Source of the DNA: the human T2T-CHM13v2.0 reference genome, Homo sapiens | Direction: 5' to 3' (one strand) | NCBI RefSeq assembly: GCF_009914755.1 | Contig: NC_060929.1 | DNA length: 64,000 nucleotides | Notes under the pieces: generated by a model | The model's database searches: none | What the model was told of the DNA's origin: nothing | The model's input: the letters and a program-made list of their open reading frames with translations, nothing else | Part shown: positions 29,761 to 45,965 of the stretch, piece by piece | Numbering within the stretch: the first letter of the stretch is position 1 | How the letters are laid out: each line of letters starts with the position of its first letter | Made by a program: the position numbers and the translations under genes

Positions 29761-31255
29761 AAACAAGTTTATACAGTGAAGATTTAGGGCAAAGGGGTGA
29801 TGTGGAAGGGATGAGTTTTCCAAAAAGTTAGTCACTTATCCAAGAATGTATCCAGCTCACTTAATGAAGCTAGCTCACTTATGGAGCTAGATACATTCAA
29901 ATAGTTTCTATAAATCAAATTCCTTTTCTTAGTTCAGTTCTCCTAGTGATGCCCAAATTGACAAATTTCACTAGGTAAAATGTTTGCTTTTCTTGAAGTA
30001 ATATAATTCTACCTGGAAGTCAGCATATTTTTAAAAATCACAAATTGTAAGAAAAAAATCATTTTGCTTATGTGCCAAATTTTATATGTGATTATGTTGA
30101 AGTATGGAAAACAGCATAATTCAACAAACATTTTATTAAAATTGACAACACAATTTCTTAAAAGAAATATTTTAATAATTGTTAATTCCTACTTGTTAGT
30201 CTATAATTACGCATGTTTCCTAATTGATGAAAAGAAATGAAATCACTCTTTCTGGACAGGCATATACTTGAAAATCCTTTACCGTATATTGGCTTAGAGA
30301 AAAATTGATGTTCCTTGCTGCTTAAATAAATTTAAGCCCCTAAAATCTGAAAACTTAATTGAATATTTAGTGGACATAAAATGAATGGTCCATAAGAGCA
30401 GAGGCACAAAGTTGAAACAGCAAAGATAAGCATGAGGGACTCTAGCTTTAGATTTTTACTTTACTCACTTTGTTTTATTTTCCTTCTCCACATAAATTGT
30501 TATAAATTTTCCACTTGCTAGAAGGGATTTCTCAAGCATTGCAGGGCAGCTTAGTTTATTTTCTTCGTGGGTAAATCTGTATGTAATCATTTTAGCAGGT
30601 GAGAGAATTCAAGGAAGTGGTAACTTGCCAGGAAATGAGTTCTCAGGGCTGTGAATGTTTTTTCATTAGTGGTATGATTTCCCAAATATCCCATTTCATT
30701 TTTGTGTAAAAGGTACTTTTCCATCTCATCACGTCTACATTGAGTTAGTTTGCCCACTAGGAGGCACTCTTTCCAAGCTCTGTTTCCCAGGGTGTCCCGC
30801 TGACTTTCCCCAATAAAAACCTGTGGGTATTTACTCATCTTTTGTGTTTTTGTTACTAAGCTAAGTTTTGTACCTTGCTTCTGTTTGCTAGTGGAAATGG
30901 CCTTTTTTGTTGTTGTTTAAAACAAACCAACAAAAACAACTTCCAAATGTTTTGGTTGGTACTTGTTTTTCAAGGTACTAGTTTGTGGAGAGATGCTTAA
31001 CTTACTAGAAAAACACAATGTGTTTGATATCAAGTGTTCACTAAAAGTTCTACTATTACCTTTAAAATAGTAATTTTCTCCCTGATATTTATTTTCAAAT
31101 GTAAAAACATATAGATCTCTAAGTATAGCTCAGTTGTGAACAATTGAAAACATTAAGTCACCATAGAATGCATCGCTGCAAAAGACAAACAGTGATTTGT
31201 GTCAGAAAAAGCTTTCAGATTAAAAAAAATCAGAGAATATAGGCTTGTCGTGAGT

Positions 31256-31315
31256 TGTGTGTGTGTGTGTGTATACATACACATAGTATACACACATACA
31301 TATATGTATACATGT
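31256..31315. repeat. (TG)n followed by TA/CA-mixed low-complexity repeat
   Basis: tgtgtgtgtgtgtgtgtatacatacacatagtatacacacatacatatatgtatacatgt. Confidence 0.8.
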
Positions 31316-31576
31316 AAAAACACACAGCAACAAGACTGTATAAAAAGGACACTTGCTCAGTGGCATGTGAAAGTCACTCTCATCACACATTGTGCTGGTC
31401 ACATATTGATATGCAGGCCCCACGTATATAATTATACGTATAAAATTAGAGTTATTAGTGATCCCGGAATAATCACTCTCTGAAGACTTTTAATGAACTT
31501 CAAATTGAAAGTGGTTGGTTTACTTAAAAAGCATGATTTCTCAAATTTTTTAATCTCAGAGCTTGAGACCTGGTCC

Positions 31577-32107
31577 CATCAATTCATTCACTTATTGAGT
31601 GTCTGCTCTGTGTCGGGCCTTGTTCTATATTTTGTTTACGGCAATGAACATACAAACAAAATTTACTCATGGTGTTTATGTTTGGTGGTAGTGGTGGCAA
31701 GGCAGGGGTGCACACCAGAGTAGGATTAATTGCAATGACAAAGGGTAATGTTGTAAAAGGATTAAGAGTGTTAGAAGCAGAACTATTTTATATAGGGATG
31801 CCAAGGAAAATGTATCTGAGAAGATACTATTTGAGCAGAGATCTGAGGGAAATGAGGAAGAAAGCTATGCATGTAGCTGGGGGATACATTCCAGATAAAA
31901 GGGCAAAGCAAATATAGTCCTGAGGTTTATTTTAAGGGCAGTAAGTGAGTCTGGTTCTGGAATGTGAGGGGGAGTGGTGGGAGATGAAGTTAGTGAGATG
32001 TGCCAGGACCTAGTAGAATTTTTCTCCAAATGAGATAGAAAGTCACTGGCAGGGTTTGTGCAGAAGAGTGGGTTGATGAGACTAACTTTTCAGAGAATCT
32101 CTCTAAC
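31577..32107 (-). mobile_element. L2a-like fragment
   Basis: ttcattcacttattgagtgtctgctctgtgtc...atttgagcagagatctgaggg...agggtttgtgcagaagagtg. Confidence 0.75.
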
Positions 32108-33127
32108 TTTTGAGTTGATTTGGTATTCAAAAACCCTCACTATTAGGCCTCTACTTGGTTCTCCCGGGAAGTTCTCTGCCCTCCAATCCTTCTGTTTTTT
32201 GTTTAGGTTCCTTCTGCCTGGAATGCCCATTTTCTTGTAGCAGGTGTGAATCTCAGTCCACACACAGAGATATGTGAGGAATATAACTATTTGTTCACAG
32301 CTGAATTGAGCCCTATTCTGCTAGGTGGTATGAACAATCTGTCAATTCTGGTCTCCTTTGGCCTTATTCTGTGGCTGCACGTAGGCCTTTGGGGACTCTT
32401 GTAACATTGAGCCATCTAGGGAGGTAGGCAAGGGGCCTGTCGCAGGCACAGCTGCCTAGACACAGACTGTAGCCTTTCTACTCCAGAAACTATTTCAGAA
32501 AAGTAGCCATGGGTTCTTACTGACCTCAGATCCCTAAACCTCTGCAGGGGTTTTGTCTGTTCTTCTTGCTGGAAGTTGGCATAGTCTCACCTCATTTTTT
32601 CACTCTCTTTGCTTCCTCTTCATCTCTCCCCTTCCGACCCTACAGGTCTCTAGATCTGTTCTGGCCTAGCATGGGAAGTCTTGCCCTTGCTCAGTATTCT
32701 TCCAGGCCTTTGATCTCTTCCTTATCTTCATTCTGCTTATAATTGATGTCTTCCCTGGGCGGTGAATGCTGCTCAATCTTGCTATTGCTTGAAGGGGTGG
32801 AGACTACAACAGATGAAAAGGAAAACCAGAGGGAAAAAAACCTTGGTTATTTCGGAACATTATTCTGCCACTTACCCTTCTAAGTCTAATAAAATCCTGC
32901 TTTTCAGGCCCATCTTGTTTATCAGCTCCTTTTAGCAACCTGCCCACAGCTACTGATCTCTCTCATGGTAGGAGATAAGCACTTCCTCTCGTGTGTTCCC
33001 TGGGCGTTTTGTTTGTGTCCTCCATCCTGAACCTTGTCCATGGGTATCATGTCACCTTTTGAATTGTTGTTCCAGACTTTCAATTGTTGGGTCCTTGAGA
33101 TCACAGGGACCACTGCTTCTTCAGAGG

Positions 33128-33538
33128 TGTTTTGTTTTTGTCTCAGCTAGGGCTGCCATAACAAAATACAACAGACTGTGTGACTTAAACAACAGAAATT
33201 TATTTCTCGCAGTTCCGGAGGCTGGCAAGTAAGAGCAGGGCACTTACAAAGTAGATTTTATTCTGAGGCCTCTTCTCTTGGCTTTTAGGTGGCCTCTAGC
33301 TCACTGTGTGCTCACATGACCTCTTCTGTCTGTGTACTTGGAGAAGGAAAGAGAGCAAATTCTCTGGTGTGTCTTACAAGGGCACTAATCCCATGATGAG
33401 GGCCCCACCTTCATAACTTCATCCAACCTCATCTAAACCTAATTACCTCCTAGAAGCCCCATCTCTAGTTACCATCACAGTGGGGGTCAAGGTTTCATAT
33501 ATGAATTTTGGAATGACACAAATGTTCAATCCATAACA
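33128..33538 (-). mobile_element. MaLR solo LTR (MLT1A-like)
   Basis: gctagggctgccataacaaaatac...aaacaacagaaatttatttctc...caagggcactaatccc...ccataaca. Confidence 0.85.
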
Positions 33539-34214
33539 GTTTTGTTTTGTTTTCCTTTGTTTTCATCTCTGGCATTTATGATGGTGCCAGTTATAATGGA
33601 GAACAGTAAATGCTTAATCAGTGAAAGTATTAAGCATATTCACCTAGACAAGAAATCCTTCCTATTCCTGTCAATAAGGTTCAAGGCTCTCCAATGAGAA
33701 ATTAGATTGTTCAGCTCTAATGTTTGTCAAAACAGAAGTTAATACTTTCACATACTCCATAGTTTTGCTTTTAAGCCTTTTTGATGTCATAAGAAATATA
33801 GAAAATTATATTTGTTAACAATGAGGCTGCTAGTGGCCAGGGGTGAGTACTAGAGCTTTGCATCTCTCTGCTACATTCAGTTCCAGCTTCCGCACCTCCT
33901 AGACCCTGACTGGTATCAGCTGGCAGAGGGGAATAGTTGTAACCTATTTGATCATGTTTTGCTTTCTAATATAGAGAATAGAGATTGATTATGCTTTTAA
34001 AAATTATGGAAAACCATAGTTATTCAACAGAAAAAAACCTGTAAAAAATGTGGCATGTGACTTTCTAATACTGCTTTTGTTGTTGTTGCTATTTAGTTCT
34101 TAAGTCTGTGGGCCCCACAAAATTTATGCCCTTACACCTATACACATAACTCTGGTATGTGTTCAGCACAATTAGGAAGGACAGATGTGTGTCCGAATGT
34201 CATATGACTCGAGG

Positions 34215-34581
34215 CAGTGTTTCTTAGAATGTGGTTTGAAGGCCACCTTGATTGTGGTAACCTGGATTGCTTGTTACAAATGAAGTTTTTCCAGCCCAGG
34301 CAGTGACACACACCTGTTGTCCCAGCTACCCAGGAGGCTAAGGCAGGAGGATTACCTGAGCCTGGGAGTTGAAGGCTGTAGTGTGTTGTGATGGTGCTTG
34401 TGAATAATCACTGCACTACAGCCTGAGCAACATAGCGACCACCCCATCTCTAAACAAAACAACAAAAAAATGCTTTTCAAGAGTTTTAGAATAAGACTCT
34501 TCCATGATGAGGCCTGAAAATCTGCATTTGTAATAAGTTACCAGGATGCTTTTTATGTACCCTAGACTTTATGAATCATTG
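34215..34581. mobile_element. MER5-family MITE split by a FAM insertion
   Basis: Ends cagtgtttct... and ...gaatcattg; internal ttgttacaaatg and aatctgcatttgtaataag. Confidence 0.7.
34294..34470 (+). mobile_element. FAM (fossil Alu monomer)
   Basis: Monomer with the 7SL-like gtgaataatcactgcactacagcctgagcaacatagcgac segment and an A-rich tail. Confidence 0.8.
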
Positions 34582-34747
34582 CTCTATGTGGTGCAGAAAG
34601 ACAGTAGCAATGTTCTGCAGTATTCTTCCAATCTTCTTGATTTCTTCTGGGCCAAGACATTTTGGATTATGGATCCAATTTAGTTATTACTGGATCATTC
34701 TGTTTTTTTATTTTCTGTATATTTCTAACATTAATTATGGTGTTCTC

Positions 34748-34783
34748 CTCTCTCACACACACACATACATGCACACACACACA
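34748..34783. repeat. (TC)/(CA)n microsatellite, interrupted
   Basis: ctctctcacacacacacatacatgcacacacacaca. Confidence 0.75.
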
Positions 34784-34899
34784 TTCTAGCTGTATCTAAA
34801 AATATATCTATCTATTACTTTCAAATTTGTAAATATATTTTTGCATCTCTTTAGGATTTTTAAAAAATGACATCAATTGAATCTATAAAAATCTTCCAC

Positions 34900-36450
<1,551 letters not shown>

Positions 36451-37055
36451 TTGTACCTGCCCAGTGTCTTGATTTTTGTTCCGTTTCTGGTTCACAAAAA
36501 ATGTTTGCTTGTATTTGTCCTTGGCATCATTTTTACTCCCCAACCTTATTTTTTTAATCCATCATTGGTATGTATTTAGAGTGGACTTTCCTGCTTGAAC
36601 TCATTGTGCATCTTGAACTGAGAGTCCCAAACAGCCTGGTTGAGTAGGAGGGGAAAATAAAAAAAAAATTTTTTGGAGTTGTCTGTCATTCAATAGTTTT
36701 TAATGTCAATTAGGACAAAAGCAACCTTTTCTTTCCTTACATCCATGTTGGTACTCATGGCTCTGAAAAGTTTACTTTGAATTAACTTGAAGCTATTCTT
36801 ATTTAGATTGGCTTAATCTTAGAACTGTTTGGCTGTTACTTATAATTTACTTCCTAATGCAATATACTACCATAAACATTGAAAAGTATGGTTTTTTGGA
36901 GGGAAAAGATAACAGTGAGACTGGCGATGTTTGAGTGCCAAAAGATATTACTTAAAGACTTCCCCAGTGAATACTTGTATGAAAGCTTTCTGTGATCTAG
37001 TCTGGATATGATGGTGCTCCCTCAGCCAGAACCTCTGCTTAATTCCCCTCTCCCT

Positions 37056-37174
37056 TTCACTCAACACATATTTTATTGAGCACCTATTATATGCCAGGCA
37101 CTGCTCTATGCACTGGATATATGACAGCAGACAGATCATATAAAATCTCTACCCTCTTGGAACCTACATTCCAG
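37056..37174 (-). mobile_element. L2 3' end
   Basis: ttcactcaacacatattttattgagcacctattatatgccaggcactg. Confidence 0.8.
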
Positions 37175-38189
37175 CTTATTGTTAATAATAGCTTTGCTCA
37201 GAGAGGGTTTTTATTAATCACTGAAACACTGAAGAAAGTATAATTCTAGGATTGTTTATTTTACAAAGTATTGGTAGGAAAAGTAAAGTGATGATTCTAG
37301 GATCTGCTTTTGTTATCTTTCAACCCAGGAAGTATATCTAGGGGAAGCCACTTTTATTCTTATTACATTTCTAGAAACCTGCCACAAGAAATCCTAACCA
37401 CATACATATATACTTGTGTTTCTCTATTTTCTATAGTAAATCTATGCTGGTGGAAGACTATCAGTTATTCTAATGTTATTGTTATGGATTTAAGATAAAA
37501 TAAGCACAGGAGAAGACTGATAATCTGTTTTATTTGTCTATCAATCAAAGGTGCCAGTTTTAGAAAACATGTTCACTTCTTCCAGCTTTGAAAACAAAGT
37601 TAAACTAAAGCAATGAAAGGGAAGCACATTGTCAGTTTAAACCTCAAAGTTACATTTTAAAACATAATCAAAGAAGGGGCCCATATTTAATTAGATACAA
37701 GATACAGATTAGAGTTTCTCTCATTAATTAGGTAGCTGTGTGAGAAATCACTCTTAAAAGCAGTTTTAGGGTATTAGTTTTCACTGACTTACACATTTTG
37801 TTCTGATCTGCTGCTGTGATTAATGAATTTTTGAGCAATGACGATTAGGTTAATTTGAGTTCATTATTCAAATACCAGCGCCTAACAGATGGAACACTAA
37901 ACTGAAGGTCAGGAAATGTGAATTCCACTCTAGGCTCACAGCTGACTTTCCATGCAATTTGAATTTCTTCTGCTTTGTGAAGATATTTGTGGATTAATGT
38001 TACTGTGAATAAAATGCTCTAAATGACAAGGATATAAAGTACTATGAAAGCAAATGGGAAAAAATGATAACTTAGGATAAAGAGTCTCTCTTCATCTGGG
38101 AATAATATTTAGAATTCATAAACAACCTTTTAGGGGAAAATTTAGATGCTGTACAGGTGGCAGAATTGCTTTTTTTTACTTGACTTTAA

Positions 38190-38360
38190 AATAATAATAC
38201 CTGATACTTGAATAGTGATTTCCAGGTTTTTAAACACTTTCTTGTCCTACTCTTATGTGAACCTTAGAAAAGCCCTGTAAGTTAGACCATTATTCTCTGT
38301 GGCCTCATGTGGAAAATAGACAATAATCTGATTTCCTGGAGAGATTAAGAGAGATTAGAC
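38190..38360 (-). mobile_element. MIR fragment
   Basis: aataataatacctgatacttgaatagtg...aaacactttc...agccctgtaagttag. Confidence 0.5.
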
Positions 38361-41017
38361 ATATATATGTTGTCCTTCAAACCTGATGCCATTTTAGAGT
38401 TCTCCATGTAAGAAGTTCCTGTCATTCTTACCTAGCCTCATATCTTCACATAGTTCAGAAATAACGTGTTTTCTCAAGCATATAACTTGGTCTTCTTATT
38501 TTCCTTAGGCCTTCAAAATGCATTGTCGACTTGTTTTCTTCTGAAGAACTGTTCCTGTAAACAGCTCCTAGCATTTATTGCAGACTAGCAGAGCAGTAAA
38601 AGAACTGCAGTTATTTCAGGCTAAGAATCTACCTCCCCTCACTGACTGTCTTTTGAGGACTTGGATATAAATCTGATTCTGTCTTGTAACCAAAATATGA
38701 GTTGCTTTGATTTTGTGAAATACAAGAGCACACTCAGTGTTCAAACTATTCCACAAAGAGAAAATATATTATCTGTGTTACTATCTAGTGTTCACTAAGA
38801 ATCCAAGCTAAGTCAAAAGGCCAGGTATGGTTGGCATTTACTGTGAATTTATGAATCATCCATGATTTTGTTGCTGCTGCTTCTTATTCCAAACTTGGCC
38901 ATTGCCAGCAATGGGACTTTATACAGGTGAGTTGGCTGAGTTTCAGTACAATGCTCTGTTTAATTGTAAACATATATGCACTGGGTATAAATAGGGTGGT
39001 GTTTTCTACCAGGTATTTTTTTCAGGTAACCAGGTCAATAATAAATTATTGAGTGATATACTGTGATGTTTTTCAGTTTGTGGATTAATTTCACAAACTG
39101 CATGGAAGCAAAAAGCCTTGCTCTGTTATAACTCAAACAAAAGCCCACAGAAGGAGAGAAAGGATGCTGCAAAGGCTGGAGCCAGCCAGTTTGAACCGGC
39201 ACTAGTTAGTAGTGACACAGAGAAAAGAGGTGGGACCAGCACAGGAAGGAGGAGCATTCACACTCAGAGGGGAATTACATTCAGCCACTGCCTCATTTCT
39301 CAGGTTCACTGTAAAGGCCATTTAGAGGATGTAATTTAACTGTGTGGTTATAGGCCTAATGTTTTCACAAACTTCTTATTCTTCTGTGAAGGAGACACAG
39401 AAGTAGCTGTTTGTGCTACAGCAGTGCTTTTTGCATTTCCCCTCCTGAGATTTGCTTTTTTCCCCCCTCCCATTTAGAACTGAATGTGGATACTGGTAAA
39501 ATAGCATCCTTAGTTTTGGACATTTCCTGAGAAAAAAATGAAAACAAAACCAGCTTTTAGAGAATTTCTAAGATCATGGCAAGGAAAAGTACTTAAAAAA
39601 AAAAAAAGTCTAAGCAGATAACACCATCCAAAGCAAATAAAACTCCTTCAAAACGATATCTAGTTACAATATTGTAGAATGTGCATAAAGAAACTCCATT
39701 TGCTCTAAATAAATAGAGACAGGATATCTTTTATAACACCTGGTGAAAATTAAAGTTACAAAAGACTTTCTTAAGTAAAGGCAGTCAAATTGATTAACAT
39801 TATATGATCAGTCATGTGAATATTTAAAATACAAATAGCCATTTTTTAAAATGAGAATGACTTTTAAGAATGAGTTAAATTGAGTGGGCAAGAAGGTGAT
39901 TATAGGTCTTCTGGTATCTTTCAAGCTCATCATTGTCAAATCAGTTCTGTCTCATTAATTTCAGGGTTTACTACTACTAGGCAGCAATCCAAAACTATTT
40001 AAAACCTGCTGGATGGTTTTCACTCTAGGAGTCACTGCCAACCCCATCCCCCAACCAAAAATACAGGGACTGGAGACAAAACTGGGAGAAATGTTTAACA
40101 CAAACACTCTGCCATGCAGACATCCTTAGGAATTTGAAGATTCAGCAACTTTAGGGTAGATTCTCACCAGTTGAGTTCAGGTGCATATGAAATAAAACCC
40201 ACAGCTAAGTTAGGCGTGTATGTTGATGTTTCATTTAGTAGATGCTATCCAGAATTAACTCATAATATTGTAATGACTTTGGAAGTCAATATGTGATGAT
40301 ACAATTGATTTTAAATTTTCCGTGGTAATTGTAGTCATGAAAAACCTGAATAATCTAATAATCTTATTTTAGACATCGGTTTCAATTTTTCTTCTCACAA
40401 AGCCTTATATTGGAGCAATTTGCAAGAAAACCATGTTCTTTATTCCTCCTCACTCTTTGGTAGATACCCATGGGGTAAGGAATTGTCCAGAAATAAGAGG
40501 TTGTACAAGAAGCCTATCTTATCTAAACCAAAAGTGAATAATTTGCATTGTTAACTAGCCACTTTTTCTTAGTTGTCGACTCATTGACACCGTACATTGG
40601 CCAAATATTTTATGAAAGCTAATCTGTACTGTAGCTTCAGAGTGCTAAGATGATAGCAAGTGAGTTTATGATGATCCCATAATCTTTGAAGAAACTTACG
40701 TACTGGACAATAAACTAACAATGACAGGTAGTAATCAATTAAGAAAACTCTTAAGAGGCAGACACAATAAGGAGTTAATTCTGGAAAAACAGTGGACTAG
40801 GTGTATTTGGAAAAGGCTATAACTTGAGTTATTCCCTGGAAGAGGGGTCCCATTGGCTGAAAGGAGAGAGGAGAGGGAATAGTATGAAATAGTTATGGAA
40901 GATTGGAGAGTTTCTCAGGGTTAATAGTGGGTTCTGAGTTTGAGACTAGTGAGAAGCTTAAGTTTACAGATACAGTGGGGTCAGGTTAAAGATTGTAAAG
41001 TTAATCTTTTTCTAGAT

Positions 41018-41290
41018 CAGGGATTAAAAACCCAAATGCCTTCTGGGGCCAGAGAAGCTACTTCAGCGAGGCTCTAGGGACTGGCAAAAGGGGTGGTAAC
41101 AGGTGAATATGTGCCCTAAGAGGAAGCCATTATTTACCTCCACCTAATCATTCCTTATGGCAAGGACTTCTTATTTTTCAAGAGAAATTGATTATCTGAA
41201 CGATTGTGTGAAGTACCTGGATTTTTAAAACACTAGGCAAATCAAACAAAACCCATTTTGAGGCAGATTTTAAACTACACCCATAACTAT
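41018..41290. mobile_element. MER102-like hAT MITE within degraded L2 sequence
   Basis: cagggattaaaaacccaaatgccttctggggccag...ttttcaagagaa...ggcaaatcaaacaaaac. Confidence 0.55.
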
Positions 41291-42024
41291 GTAGGAAAAG
41301 GGAGTCTTGGAGCTTTTTAGTCAGGCCAGAGATAATGATGAATACTTTAGGAAGGTTATCACAGTGGTTACCTATTGGTGATTTTGAATGGAAAAGACCT
41401 GTGGACCCAAGTCATAGACTCCAGGAAGCCTTTTCTGCCCCTTCTGCAATGAAGAGTTAGGAAGACATTTAAATAAGTAATCAGCAAGATTTGATGACTG
41501 ACTAAACTGGCTGTCACATGTGTTCTTTAGGGTGCTTTGGCTAGGGGGACAGATTGTAGTTCTTTAAAGCTGGCCTTTCCCTGTCTCTCATAAAAGTATT
41601 TTTTGTCCACAATATCTGCACCACCTGCCTCTAGCCAGTGGTGGTGCCTCTACAAATTCACTTGTAATTGCTCAGAAAATTGAACAGTAAGGGGTGGGTG
41701 GGTGGGTTGGTTAGTTCTTAAGGTTCTTCTGAGATATGGGATGTAGTGAGAAAAGCTTTAACCACTCATCTTACAGTCAGAAGACTTGGAATCAAGTCCC
41801 AATTTTGCTACTTCCTGGCCTTATGACCTTGGACAGATCACACACCTTCTTGAACCTGGCACATTCTTCCTTATCTTGGGGCTGTGGCACAAGCTGTGTT
41901 CCCTGACCTGCATAATCTCTCTCTTCACCTTTACCTGACCCTCACCTTCTTGTCCTTAAGATCACAGCTAAAATGTCACTTCCTCAGAGAGGCCTTCCAT
42001 GACCTTCCCATCTAAAGTGGAGCT

Positions 42025-42441
42025 TCTATCAGTTTCCTTGGGCTAATGTAACAAATTACCGTAAACTGGGTGGTTACATGTCCAAATTCAAGATGTTTCC
42101 AGCAGCATCCTCCATCTAAAAAGTAGGGAAGAATCCTTCCTGGCCTCCTTCTAGCTGCTGGTGGTTCCCAGCAATCCTTAGTGTGCCTTGGCTTGCAGCT
42201 GCAACATTCCTACCCCTTCCTTTGTGGTCACATGGCCTTCTTCCCTGTGTGTGTCTGGGTCTCTTCACATGGCCTTCTTATAAGAACATCAGTCATTGGA
42301 TTTAGAACCCACCTCACTTCTGCAAGACCTCATTTTATCTAATGACGTCTGCAAAGATTCTATTTCCAAATAAAGTCAACTTCTAAGGTTCCAGGTATAC
42401 ATGAATTGAGGTGTAGGGGGGGCACTATTCAACCCAGTACC
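42025..42441 (-). mobile_element. MaLR solo LTR (MLT1B/C-like), inserted in a + strand L2 (~41860-42630)
   Basis: gtaacaaattaccgtaaactgggtgg...agggaagaatccttcctggcctc...ctatttccaaataaagtc...cactattcaaccc. Confidence 0.82.
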
Positions 42442-44079
42442 AACCCCCTTTTTAAATTATCTTTATTGTATTTACTATATTTGTAGTTATATATTAATTT
42501 GTTGGTTTATCTTTCTAACATGGGAATTCTATGAAGGCAAGCTTTAAGTCCGTTTTATTCATTTCTATATACTCAATGCCTGGATAATTTTTGATACCTA
42601 AAAGCTAACCAAAAAGTATTTATTTAGTACATTAAGTAATCTTTTTTCCCTCTGGCTAATTGTCTTCATTGATGAAATAATGGGGTTGGAATTGCTAGTC
42701 TTTAAGGTATTTTGCAGTTCCAGTAGTATGTGACTCTGTTTTTTACAGATGCCCAGTGACCCCAAGTTGCTCTGTGAATCAGGGCAGCAGGCATTTACAT
42801 GTATACATTTTTTTATTATGATGATTGTACTGTACCTTCCCTTTAGGTCCTACTTGAAGAAAAAGAGGAAAAAATAAACACATGACATTGAAATACCAAT
42901 TGGTTTGCCTGGTTTTGAAGAGAGAATTATAAAAGAGATAACCAAGGTTGTATATTCTGATTAAGTATAGTAAACACTCATTCTGTGTTATGTAGTAAAT
43001 ACACTAGAGATTATATAAACTGGACCCCAAATCTAAATGTATGTCAAGCAGTATTCACTTTTATGCTCAGACTGGCTGGTACCCAAAACACCTTTATACC
43101 TCAAATATTTTTTCTCCCATAGGAGTATAATATAACTCATTTTAATTTAAGAAGATGTAGGATGATTATTTCTCATGGAAGTTAATTTATTAGTTCGAAT
43201 TATTTAATTGACAAACTGTTGGAAACATGTCATCAATTTTGACACTTTTCACAGTACAGTGTTGCTGAAACTCCTCTTTGGGACCTTTAAATGCTGTCAA
43301 GAAGAAAAATCCATTTAATTTTATTGCTGAGAAAATGGGAAGTCCTTTTGATTAAACATGATTTTGTTTGTATTTAATTCAGGAATATTTACTTTTTAAA
43401 ATTAAATTCCAAAATTTCTAAGCACTTAAAAGATGACTCTGTGGTTAAATCGAAAATAATTGACTATATTAATATTTTTAGGCCATGACTAAACAAAAAG
43501 CTTGTCTGTAAACATATTTTATCTTACTAGAAATATCACCAACACAATCATGGTTATAGTGTTGATTACAGATGCCTTCAGTTCAATTCAACATATGTTT
43601 ATAAATCCAGGCCCTCTTTAAATCCTGAGGTTAAAAAAGCAAAACCACAGGGCACTTCATGGCTAATGAACTGAATTTCTTCCTATTCCAAAAACAGATT
43701 TTTTTTTTTTGTTCTTCTCTGTTCTCTTTAATATTCTAAACTGGTTACTTCAATAACGAGAGAGGAAGACTGAGCCCACCAAAACTAGGAGGAGGCAAGA
43801 CCACTTATTTCCCACCTTCCCAATCAAGTAAGCTGTGGTTCAAGCAGGGCTTCAGAGGGTAGCAGGGCTCCTGGGCCTCTAAGGGATGCTCAGTCACATG
43901 GACTTGACCAACACTGAGGGCATTGGTGAGAGACTTCCATAGGAGGGCATTGGCCAATCCAGGGCTTGTTTTCAACACAGCAGATTACTATCTTGGGGCC
44001 AAAAGACTAAAATCAAACTCCACTGAGGGAGGGTACTAGATGAGAAAGGGAGCAGTGGATGATACCTAATGCCTTCATC

Positions 44080-44790
<711 letters not shown>

Positions 44791-44908
44791 AAGAATCACT
44801 CCATTAGTGGAGATGGACAGGTAGAACTTTGGCAAAAGATAACATAATGAATTGAGATTTGAACATAATCATTTTGCAATATCTGTGTGGCTATACTTAT
44901 TGGTTGGA

Positions 44909-45965
44909 TTTTTTTTTAATTTAATTTTAAGTTTCAGGATACATGTGCAGGACACGTAGGTTTGTTACGTAGGTAAACGTGTGCTATGGTGGTTTGCTAC
45001 ACTTATCAACCCATCATCTAGGTATTAAGCCCCACATGCATTAGCTATTTATCCTGATGCTCTCCCTCCCCCCACTCCCCACACACAACAGGCCCCAGTG
45101 TGTGTTGTTCCCCTCCCTGTGTCCATGTGTTCTCATTGTTCAGTTCCCATTTATAAGTGAGAACATGCGGTGTTTGGTTTTCTGTCCCTGTGTTAGTTTG
45201 CTGAGGATAATGGCTTCTAGCTACATCCATGTCCCCGAAAAGGACATGATCTCATTCCTTTTTATGGCTGCATAGTATTTCATGGTATATATGTACCACA
45301 TTTTCTTTATCCAGTCTATCATTGATGGACATTTGGGTTGATTCCATGTCTTCGCAATTGTGAATAGTGCTGCAGTGAACATATGCGTGCATGTATCTTT
45401 ATAATAGAATGATTTATATTCCTATGGATATATACCCAAAAATGGGATTGCTGCTTCAGATGGTATTTCTGGTTCTAGGTCTTTGAGGAATCACCACACT
45501 GTCTTCCACAATTGTTGAATTATTACATTCCCACTAAATGTAAATTATTACATTCCCACTAACAGTGCAAAAGTGTTCATATTTCTCCATAGCCTTGCCA
45601 GCATTGGTTGTTTCTTGACTTTTAATAATTGCCATTCTGACTGGCATGAGACGGTATCTCATTGTGATTTTGATTTGCATTTCTCTAACAATCAGTGATA
45701 TCGAGCTTTTTCTTCATATGTTTGTTGGCCACATAAATGTCTTCTTTTGAGAAGTGTCTGTTCGTGTCCTTTGCTCACTTTTTAATGGGGTTTTTTTTTC
45801 TCGTAAATTTGTTCAAATTCCTTGTATATTCTGGATATTACGTCTTTGTCAGACAGATAGATTGCAAAAATTTTCTCCCATTCTGTAGGGTTTAGTTTAA
45901 TTAGATCCCATTTTTCAATTTTTGCTTTTGTTCTAATTTTTTTATGTTTTCATCATGAAATCCTT
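44909..45965 (-). mobile_element. 5'-truncated L1 (L1PA8-L1PA11 class)
   Basis: ggatacatgtgcaggac...aggtattaagccccacatgcattagctatttatcctgatgctctccc; ORF2 C-terminal remnant. Confidence 0.88.

Noticed and set aside
34294-34470. 7SL RNA gene or BC200-like ncRNA
   Set aside because: Lacks the 7SL S-domain and is heavily diverged; fits a FAM retrocopy.
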